A stretch of DNA of 64,000 nt, taken from the NCBI GenBank assembly GCA_039585235.1, contig JBDGWG010000004.1, positions 7,704-71,703 on the forward strand, read 5' to 3'. The notes beneath the pieces were generated by a model that saw only the letters and a program-made list of their open reading frames with translations, searched no databases and was not told the DNA's origin. The DNA comes from Gemmatimonadota bacterium (GTDB lineage Bacteria; Gemmatimonadota; Gemmatimonadetes; Palauibacterales; Palauibacteraceae). The number at the start of each line of letters is the position of its first letter. Position 1 is the first letter of the stretch. Both the position numbers and the translations under genes were made by a program. This document shows positions 56,634-64,000 of this stretch, in pieces.

Positions 56634-58001
56634 TCAGTTGCCGATCCACACGGTCTTGACGTTGAGGAACTCGCGCAACCCGTAGATCCCCAGCTCTCGA
56701 CCGTATCCCGATCGCTTGACGCCACCGAACGGGAGGCGGGGATCGGACGCGACCATCCCGTTGACGAACACGGATCCCGCCTGTAAGCCTTCGACGAACC
56801 GCCCGGCGATCGCCTCGTCGCGGGTCCACACGGCCGCACCGAGGCCGAATTCCGTTGCATTGGCGAGGTCGAGCGCCTCGTCTACGCTACCCACCCTGAA
56901 CACGGGCGCGACGGGGCCGAACAGTTCCTCGACTGCAGCAGGGCAATCCCGCGGCACGTCCGTCAATACGGTGGGAGGGTAGAAAAATCCGCTCTCCGTC
57001 GGCATGACTCCCCCGATCCGGAGGCGGGCGCCGGCCGCCACGGAGCCCTCGACCTGGCCATGCAGCTCGGCGCGGATCGCCTCAGTCGCCAGCGGTCCGA
57101 GGTCGCTATCGGCCTCCATGGGGTCGCCCATCCGCAGGCTCTCCATGTGGCCGATGAAAAGGCTCTCGAATTCGGCGGCGCGGTCCTCGCTCACGATGAA
57201 GCGCTTGGCGGCGATGCAGGACTGCCCGTTGTTGATGATCCGTGCCTGCACGCCGGTCCGCGCGGCCGCCTCGATGTCCGCGTCGCCGAGAACGATGAAG
57301 GGGTCGCTTCCGCCGAGCTCGAGTAAAGACTTCTTGAGATTCTGTCCCGCCGCTCGTGCCACGGCCCGGCCCGCCGGTTCGCTTCCAGTAAGCGTGACCG
57401 CAGCGATGCGGCGATCGGCCACCAGGGCCTCGGCTCGCGCTGCCGGAATCAGAAGCGACTGAAACGCGCCAGGCGGGAAGCCGGCTTCGGCGAACACCGA
57501 CTCGATGGCGAGGGCGCAACCGGGCACGTTCGACGCGTGCTTCAGCAGTCCGGCGTTTCCGGCGATCAGGGCAGGTGCGGCGAAACGGAATACCTGCCAC
57601 AGGGGGAAGTTCCAGGGCATGATGGCCAGGACCACGCCGATCGGTTGGAAGCGTACGCGGCTCTCACGCGCCCCCGATTCCACGAGCTCGTCGGCCAGAA
57701 ACGCCGCTCCATTCTCGGTGTAGTAGCGGCACACCCACTCGCACTTGTCGACCTCGGCCAGCGCGGAAGTCAGGGTTTTTCCCATCTCGGAGGTCATCAG
57801 GCGGCCGAGCTCCAGGCGCCGGTCCCGCAGCCGATCCGCCGCCGCCGTCAGCCACTCTGCCCGCTGACCGATCGGGAAGCCCGCGAACCGGGGCTGGGTC
57901 TCGATGGCCAGCTCCAGGCGCCCCTCCAGTTCCGCCTCTCCCAGCGTCTCGTATTCCCGGAGCACTTGCCCCGTAGCCGGGTTCACGCTCTTCATGGACA
58001 T
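56634..58001 (-). CDS. NAD(P)-dependent succinate-semialdehyde dehydrogenase (Sad-like)
   Basis: MPWNFP.WQV.RF, LKHA, TGS, ELGGSDP, GQSCIAAKR, EELFGP, PFGGVK.SGYGRE. Confidence 0.93.
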   Translation of the reverse strand: MSMKSVNPATGQVLREYETLGEAELEGRLELAIETQPRFAGFPIGQRAEWLTAAADRLRDRRLELGRLMTSEMGKTLTSALAEVDKCEWVCRYYTENGAAFLADELVESGARESRVRFQPIGVVLAIMPWNFPLWQVFRFAAPALIAGNAGLLKHASNVPGCALAIESVFAEAGFPPGAFQSLLIPAARAEALVADRRIAAVTLTGSEPAGRAVARAAGQNLKKSLLELGGSDPFIVLGDADIEAAARTGVQARIINNGQSCIAAKRFIVSEDRAAEFESLFIGHMESLRMGDPMEADSDLGPLATEAIRAELHGQVEGSVAAGARLRIGGVMPTESGFFYPPTVLTDVPRDCPAAVEELFGPVAPVFRVGSVDEALDLANATEFGLGAAVWTRDEAIAGRFVEGLQAGSVFVNGMVASDPRLPFGGVKRSGYGRELGIYGLREFLNVKTVWIGN

Positions 58002-58092
58002 TGCTCTGTCCTGGGCCTATGGAATGAAACCGGGAGCCGGGGGGGCGCCGTACGTACTCCCGAAAGATAACCACGAACCAGCCGGAGAGCCC

Positions 58093-60294
58093 GTGCCACG
58101 GGTAAGATCTAACGTTCGCTCGTCGGTTCTGGCCTGCGTCGTTCTGGCGTGCGGCGGTCTCGTCGAGCCCCTATCGGCGTCCGCACAGGCGCATTCTCCG
58201 CCGACCGGCAGCGTCGACCGTCCACCGCGCCCCGACACCATTCCCTCGGACACGTACGCCGATGAGGGGGCCCGGTACATGATCCAGCGGGCCCGCCAGG
58301 CCCGCGGGACGGAGGCGGCGGGCCTCGCCAGCTACGAAGCCACCATCACCGAGCGCATATACGTCGGCCTCTCGGCCTCCCGGTTCCGGCGCGAACGGGG
58401 TCTGTGGCTGAGCGAGCAGATCGCCCGCGTGAGGTGGGATTCCGCGGGCCTCGAGACCTACCGCTGGCTGGCCAGCAGGCAGGAAGTGCCGATCATCGGC
58501 GACGCGGTCGATATCGACGATGGTTGCCGCACGCAGGACGGCGAGGAGACGCGGTGCGGGACGAACCCGGACGACCTGATCCCCCTCGATCCCGGGGCCG
58601 ACCGCCTGATGATGGGCGGCGAGACCTTTCTCCACCCCCTGGCCGACACGGCGGGCTTCCACTACCGATTCGCTTCGGGCGATACGATCCGCATCGTCCT
58701 TCCATCCAGCGGCCGGGAGATCACGCTCGTTCAGATCCGCATCGAGCCGCGACGGGTCGAGTTCGGCCTCCTGGCGGGGGCGGTCTGGTTCGACCGGGAG
58801 ACCGCTGCCCTGGTGCGAGGCGCATACCGACCGGCGCGCGACTTCAACCTGGAGATCGACGAGCCCGATGACGCGGAGGACGTGCCCGGGTTCATCAAGC
58901 CGATCACGGCCAGCGTCGATCACATGATCGTCGACTACGCCCTGCAGGAGCTGCGCTGGTGGCTTCCGTGGCGCATCCGGTTCGAAGGGGAAGGCCGGGC
59001 CGGGACGCTCCTTCGGGTGCCGGTGGCGGTCGAGATAACGGTCTCGGACTACTTGCTCAACGCGGTCGATACGCTGGACGTGGCGGAAGAGGACCTGCCT
59101 CCCGGGTGGGTGCGCCACAAACGCGAACGCGAGCTGGACGACGGGCGCAAGATCCAGGAAGTCGTCATCCTTCCTCCCCGCGACTCGCTTAGGAACTCGC
59201 CTCTCCTGTCGGAGGACTTCTTCGCCGGTGAGCCGCTGAGTTTCAGCCAAACCGAGATCGACCGGATGGAGAAGGAACTGGATGAGCTCACGGCGGCCCA
59301 CGCGTTGGTGCCGCCGGCGTTGTCGAGATTCGGGATCTTCCGGTACAACCGGGTCGAGGCCCTCAGTGCCGGGTTGCGCCGCGAGGGGCCGGTCGCGGGC
59401 CTGACGGGATGGGGGGAGCTGCGAATCGGGATCGGCGATTGGATCCCCAACGTGGAGTTCGGCCTTCGCGAGGACCTTCCGGGCGGCAGCGTGGAGGCGT
59501 CGGCGTACTACCGACTACAGGCTGCCAATGACTGGGGCAATCCTCTCAACCTCGAGAGTTCTATCAACGCGCTCCTCTTCGGCTACGACTATGGCCAGTA
59601 CTATCGGGCGGGCGGGGTGTCGATCGGGATGAAGAAAGAGACGGGGCGGGTGCGGCACGAGGTCACGGCGTTCGCCGAGTCCCACTGGTCGGAAGAGAAG
59701 AACACCAACGTCTCGCTGGCCAACCTGATCGGGCGCTCCGATCCTCCGCCCAACATGAAGGCGGACGAGATATCGATCGCCGGCCTCACGGGACGCCTGC
59801 GTACCCAGTCGGGAGTGGATCCCGGCCAGCCGATCACCACCGGATCCGTGTGGGGTGAGGTCGGCGTGGGCGACGTGGAATACGCCCGCCTGGCCGTTGG
59901 GGCGAGCGCGACCCTCCCCCTGTTCTGGCGGCTCGGCGGCAGCCTCGAGTGGTCCGCCGGGACCACTTTCGGGGACGTGCCCACGCAGCGGCTGTACTAT
60001 CTTTCCGGTTCGCAGACGGTTCGATCCTTCGAGGCGGGACAGATTACGGGCGAGGCCTTCTGGCTGGCGCGAGCGGAGCTGGGAGTCGGCTATCCAGTTG
60101 TGCGCTTCGTGGCGTTCGGCGACTTCGGGTCGGCTGGCGACCGGTCGGATCTCGGGTGGGCCGACCCGTTCATCGCGGTGGGAGGGGGCGTCTCCCTTCT
60201 GGACGGCCTGCTCAGAGCGGATCTGGCGCGCGGGGTGCATGGGTCGGGGCCACTACGCTGGCAATTCCTGCTCTACCTCGACGCCCTCATGTAG
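58093..60294 (+). CDS. Outer-membrane protein: N-terminal periplasmic domain plus Omp85-like barrel
   Basis: Signal peptide (ASA|Q), RYNRVE.LS.G barrel start, VRSF resembling the VRG(F/Y) motif, aromatic C-terminal strand. Confidence 0.7.
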   Translation: MPRVRSNVRSSVLACVVLACGGLVEPLSASAQAHSPPTGSVDRPPRPDTIPSDTYADEGARYMIQRARQARGTEAAGLASYEATITERIYVGLSASRFRRERGLWLSEQIARVRWDSAGLETYRWLASRQEVPIIGDAVDIDDGCRTQDGEETRCGTNPDDLIPLDPGADRLMMGGETFLHPLADTAGFHYRFASGDTIRIVLPSSGREITLVQIRIEPRRVEFGLLAGAVWFDRETAALVRGAYRPARDFNLEIDEPDDAEDVPGFIKPITASVDHMIVDYALQELRWWLPWRIRFEGEGRAGTLLRVPVAVEITVSDYLLNAVDTLDVAEEDLPPGWVRHKRERELDDGRKIQEVVILPPRDSLRNSPLLSEDFFAGEPLSFSQTEIDRMEKELDELTAAHALVPPALSRFGIFRYNRVEALSAGLRREGPVAGLTGWGELRIGIGDWIPNVEFGLREDLPGGSVEASAYYRLQAANDWGNPLNLESSINALLFGYDYGQYYRAGGVSIGMKKETGRVRHEVTAFAESHWSEEKNTNVSLANLIGRSDPPPNMKADEISIAGLTGRLRTQSGVDPGQPITTGSVWGEVGVGDVEYARLAVGASATLPLFWRLGGSLEWSAGTTFGDVPTQRLYYLSGSQTVRSFEAGQITGEAFWLARAELGVGYPVVRFVAFGDFGSAGDRSDLGWADPFIAVGGGVSLLDGLLRADLARGVHGSGPLRWQFLLYLDALM

Positions 60295-60370
60295 CGGCCT
60301 TTTCACCCGGCCTCGAAAATACGATCTTGTCACGCCGGCCGTGAGCGTACTAGACGAAAGGGTCGCTTCA

Positions 60371-61039
60371 ATGGTCATCTCTCCCGTCCAGGTCAAAATC
60401 TGCTGCATCCGGTCGTCCGACGAAGCGCGGACGGCGGTGTCATTTGGTGCCGCCGCGGTGGGCCTGGTTTCGGAGATGCCGGTCGGACCCGGCGAGCTGC
60501 CCGACGCCACGATCAGGGAAATCGTGGAATCGATGCCGTCTTCCGTCGGGACCTTCCTCCTCACGGCGGTGAGGGATGCGGATCGCCTGATCGAGAAGGT
60601 TCGGAGTTGCGGCGTGAATACGCTCCAGCTCTGGGATTCACTGGAGCCGGCGGACTACGCTCGGCTGCGCTCGGAACTGCCGGCCGTTTCGCTCGTGCAG
60701 GCCATACACGTGATCGGCAGGTCGGCCGTGCACGCGGCCGCGGAGACGGCGCGACTCGTGGACGCCCTGGTGCTGGATTCCTCCGATCGGCAGGCACCCC
60801 TTCGCTGGGAGTCACAGGCGGGCTCGACGCACGATTGGAACATCAGCCGTAAGATCGTGGAGACGGTGGACTGCCCGGTGCTGCTCGCCGGGGGGCTGAA
60901 CCCCGACAACGTCGAGTTCGCGGTTCGCACTGTCCGACCCTACGGCGTAGACGTGTGCTCCGGTGTGCGGACCGGAGACGCGCTGGACCGTCGGAAGCTG
61001 GTCTCATTTTTCGAGGCGATTCGGAAGATCTCCTCCTGA
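60371..61039 (+). CDS. trpF: Phosphoribosylanthranilate isomerase-like
   Basis: VKICCI, LQL, LDS, HDW, LAGGLNPDNV, GVDVCSGV. Confidence 0.85.
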   Translation: MVISPVQVKICCIRSSDEARTAVSFGAAAVGLVSEMPVGPGELPDATIREIVESMPSSVGTFLLTAVRDADRLIEKVRSCGVNTLQLWDSLEPADYARLRSELPAVSLVQAIHVIGRSAVHAAAETARLVDALVLDSSDRQAPLRWESQAGSTHDWNISRKIVETVDCPVLLAGGLNPDNVEFAVRTVRPYGVDVCSGVRTGDALDRRKLVSFFEAIRKISS

Positions 61040-61052
61040 GAGGGGTCTGCGG

Positions 61053-61796
61053 TCAGCCGGCGAGTCCGACCAGCCGGGGAAGCACGACTCCAGCGGGGCC
61101 CAGGAGGCTGACATCGGCCACCTGGCTGATCGGTGTGGGCTCCAGGTTCACCTCTATGATTCCGGCGCCCCGCGATCCTGCCATGCGCGCGAACGAGGCG
61201 GCCGGCTCCACGAGGCCGGACGTCCCGACCACGAGCATGACCTGGCATTCCCGCATCGCCTCGTCCGCAGAGACCAGCGCGGTGTCGGGAAGGTTCTCAC
61301 CGAACCATACCACTGCCGGGCGGAGAATGTCGCCACAAGCGGGGCACAGCGGAACGGCCTCAGACGACAGGTCCCGGGAAGCACCGCGGTAGGAGCAGAC
61401 CCGGCACCGGACCTTTTCCAGCGAGCCATGCAGCTCGGTCACGTTCGCGCTGCCCGCTGCCCGGTGAAGACCGTCCACGTTCTGAGTGATCAGCCAGAAT
61501 CGGTCACAGCGGCGCTCGAGATCGGCCAGAGCGCGGTGGCCGTCGTTGGGCTCGATCCCCGCCAAACCGGCGATCCGGAACCTGTAGAACTCCCATACCC
61601 CTTCCGGGTCACGGTCGAACGCCCGTGGGGTGGCCAGGTCCATGGCCGAACGGCCCCGCCAGAACCCCCCGGCGCCGCGGAACGTGGGCACCCCGCTCTC
61701 GGCTGAGATGCCGGCTCCCGTGAGTACGGTGACCCGCGTCGCCAGGGAGAGCATTCCAGCTGCCGTGCGCAGGTCCGTTTCGTCGGTGCCGTCCAT
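61053..61796 (-). CDS. cobB: Class III sirtuin NAD-dependent deacylase
   Basis: GAGISAESGVPTFRG, FYRFR (YxxR), TQNVDGLH, HGS, CxxC..CxxC, RPAVVWFGE, GTS. Confidence 0.95.
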   Translation of the reverse strand: MDGTDETDLRTAAGMLSLATRVTVLTGAGISAESGVPTFRGAGGFWRGRSAMDLATPRAFDRDPEGVWEFYRFRIAGLAGIEPNDGHRALADLERRCDRFWLITQNVDGLHRAAGSANVTELHGSLEKVRCRVCSYRGASRDLSSEAVPLCPACGDILRPAVVWFGENLPDTALVSADEAMRECQVMLVVGTSGLVEPAASFARMAGSRGAGIIEVNLEPTPISQVADVSLLGPAGVVLPRLVGLAG

Positions 61797-61853
61797 TGTC
61801 CTGCCCTCCGGTCACTGGTGAAACGGGTGTCGCTTCCCGCAAGTTATCCCTCC

Positions 61854-62741
61854 ATGCGAACCCTCGTAATCCTGAATCCGGCGGCGGGCGGTCGGGCGGA
61901 CGCACGCGATCTGTGTCGCCGCATCGGCCGGAGCATCCAGGGCGACCTCGTGACCACCGCGGAAAGCGGAGATGCCGTGGGGCTGGCTGCCGAAGCCTCA
62001 CGCTCGGGGTACGGCGCCGTCGTCGCGGTCGGGGGCGACGGAACGGTCAGAGAGGTGGCCACCGGACTCCACCTCGGCGGCGGTGTGCCTCGCCTCGGCA
62101 TCGTGCCGGCCGGCACGGGAAACGACCTTGCGCGCTCCTTGGGACTGCCGACCGATATCGAGCAGGCGGCGGCCGTGGCGGTGACCGGCCGAGCCGTCGC
62201 TCTCGACCTGATCCGAGTTACCCGAGCGGGCGAGGACGAGAAGCCTTTCTTCGTGGCCAACGTCGCGGTCGCCGGGTTTTGCGGGCGAATCGGCGATGGC
62301 ATGAACCCGGCGTTACGCCGCACACTGCGTCCGATCGCGTATCCCCTGGCCGCCCTGGGCCAGATCCGGGACCTTCGCCCCTACTCCGTGCGGTTGGACG
62401 TCGATGGCTCCTCGATCGAGACAAAGGCGCTCATGGTTGTTCTCGCGAATAGTGAGTATGCGGGGGGGAGAGTTCGCTTGGCACCGGGAGCGGCCACGGA
62501 TGACGGGCGGCTCGACCTGGTGATCATCCATTCCGTGAGCCTTCCAAGACTCGTCACCCTCGTGCCGCGGGTGCTTTCGGGTCGGCACGCCGGGCATCGC
62601 GGCGTTTCCATGTTGCGGGCCGCCACTGTTCGGATCGAGTCTGAGCCCCCGATGTGGATCAATCTTGACGGCGATACTTGGCAGGCCGGTCCCGCGTCGT
62701 TTCAAGTCATCCCCGCCGCACTCACGGTGGCCGTTCCCTGA
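61854..62741 (+). CDS. Diacylglycerol kinase family lipid kinase (YegS-like)
   Basis: NPAAG, GGDGT, P.GTGNDLAR, N..Y.GG, DDG.LD, NLDGD. Confidence 0.93.
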   Translation: MRTLVILNPAAGGRADARDLCRRIGRSIQGDLVTTAESGDAVGLAAEASRSGYGAVVAVGGDGTVREVATGLHLGGGVPRLGIVPAGTGNDLARSLGLPTDIEQAAAVAVTGRAVALDLIRVTRAGEDEKPFFVANVAVAGFCGRIGDGMNPALRRTLRPIAYPLAALGQIRDLRPYSVRLDVDGSSIETKALMVVLANSEYAGGRVRLAPGAATDDGRLDLVIIHSVSLPRLVTLVPRVLSGRHAGHRGVSMLRAATVRIESEPPMWINLDGDTWQAGPASFQVIPAALTVAVP

Positions 62742-62862
62742 CGGGCAACGCTCGGTCCGTTCTCACATGTCCAAGCTTGCGAAGGAACACGGGCCGCCGC
62801 CCGTCGTCCGGGTGAAGCCCCAGAGTCGGGGTGAGAAGAACGCGAAACGAGGAGCGTGGGAG

Positions 62863-63936
62863 ATGAGTGTGAAGGTATTGGGCTTCGTCGCCGCGGTGAC
62901 GCTGGCAGGAGCCGCGGGCGTGGCCGGGACGCTGAGCGCGCAGGAGAAGACTGACGCCGATAGCCGGGTGCGCGTGCTCGCGTTCAGTCAGGGAAGCTAC
63001 TTGGGCGTGTTCATCGCCGATGTGACGGCGGAAGATGTCGAAAGGCTAGGCCTCCCGGAGGAACGCGGCGTGCGGATCAGCGGAGTGGCGGACGAAGGAC
63101 CGGCGCGTGACGCCGGCCTGCTTGAGGATGATGTGATCGTGAGCTGGAACGGCGATTGGATCGAGGGAGAGGCACAGCTCCGCCGCATCCTCGGAGAGAC
63201 ACCGGGGGGACGCTCCGCGTCGCTCGGCGTCATTCGCGGGGGCTCCGAAAGATCCATCGCCGTGGAACTCGGCCACCACGGCGGTCCCGCGCGAGCGTTC
63301 AGCCTGCGGTCCGGTTGGGACGAGGAGCATGCGACCGAGCTTCGCGAGCATCTGGAGAGGAGCCGGGAGCACCTCGGAGACCTGAACGTCCGGATTCGCG
63401 AGCTGCCACACGTGATGACTTTCATGTCGATGCGGGGCGGGCGACTGGGAGTGGGCATACAGACGCTGGAGGGGCAGCTTGCCGAGTACTTCGGCCTTGG
63501 TGATCGTAGAGGCGCGCTGATCACCAATGTCCGTGAGGACTCGCCGGCGGCTTCGGCAGGCCTGAAGGCCGGCGACGTGATCGTCGGCGTGGACGGTGAG
63601 GACATCGAATCCCCGGCCGACGTATCGCGGCTCGTGTGGGGCGCAGACGCGGGGCCGGTCGCCATCCGAATCCTGCGGGATCGCCAGGAACGCACGGTGA
63701 ACGTGGACCTTCCCGAGGCCGAGAACACCTGGCAGTCGGAAGACGGAGAGATGAACGGTTTCTTCTTCGGGCCCAAGGACTTCGACATGGAGTTCGACGT
63801 CGACGATGCCCACGTCGAGTGGGCCGAGCCGTTCCGTGAGCTGTCCGATCTGAAGGTGTTGGGGGCGCCGGAAGGACCCGTGAACCGGGTGCCTCTGAGG
63901 TCGGTGCGACCGGCCCGGCGATCTCTGTCGATCTGA
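62863..63936 (+). CDS. Secreted tandem-PDZ protein without a protease domain
   Basis: Signal peptide, YLGV..GPA..AGL..DVI and RLGV..SPAA.AGLKAGDVI. Confidence 0.85.
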   Translation: MSVKVLGFVAAVTLAGAAGVAGTLSAQEKTDADSRVRVLAFSQGSYLGVFIADVTAEDVERLGLPEERGVRISGVADEGPARDAGLLEDDVIVSWNGDWIEGEAQLRRILGETPGGRSASLGVIRGGSERSIAVELGHHGGPARAFSLRSGWDEEHATELREHLERSREHLGDLNVRIRELPHVMTFMSMRGGRLGVGIQTLEGQLAEYFGLGDRRGALITNVREDSPAASAGLKAGDVIVGVDGEDIESPADVSRLVWGADAGPVAIRILRDRQERTVNVDLPEAENTWQSEDGEMNGFFFGPKDFDMEFDVDDAHVEWAEPFRELSDLKVLGAPEGPVNRVPLRSVRPARRSLSI

Positions 63937-64000
63937 ACTAATCCGTACGGGTGGCGGTCGCCCGGCCGCCCCCCGGCCCGGCGCCCGCGGCTCACTTCTC

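Noticed and set aside
61053-61796. Sir2 anti-phage effector
   Set aside because: Ordinary Zn-binding class III CobB deacylase without defence partners

Overview
GC-rich, densely coding bacterial chromosome segment from a diderm organism; the gene set and order resemble Gemmatimonadota (inference). About 0-32 kb is mostly a plus-strand housekeeping and envelope block: the ssb 3' end, a LysM protein, an epimerase, tolQ-tolR-tolA-like-tolB-pal-cpoB, nrdR, tatC, lptD-like, a large TPR protein, polyprenyl synthase, tatA, SurA/PpiD (minus), TPR-aroQ-pepP-efp-accB-accC-ftsK-lolA-rimO, SpoIID, an OMP, a Gfo/Idh/MocA oxidoreductase and a class V PLP enzyme. About 32-47.6 kb is a co-oriented minus-strand accessory block: an M14 deacylase, a glutamate-cysteine-ligase-like/CBS fusion, a 63-aa membrane protein, a degenerate ATPase-REC-GGDEF protein, a POT transporter, GT4, PCD, a GAF-GAF-GGDEF cyclase, USP, an M28-PDZ peptidase, DUF2207-LemA and trxC. 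About 47.7-64 kb is mixed. I saw no tRNA, rRNA, CRISPR array or transposase. The best candidates for undescribed biology are (1) an orphan BcsE/BcsF-like pair with no cellulose synthase in the window, near an intact diguanylate cyclase; (2) a translationally coupled CBS-regulated gamma-glutamyl ligase plus M14 deacylase; and (3) a coupled 4-TM coiled-coil protein plus MIDAS/VWA lipoprotein. Two gene-remnant scars and a Pal with an inserted TPR-like hairpin are also noted. All family calls come from motif recognition by eye; no searches were run.
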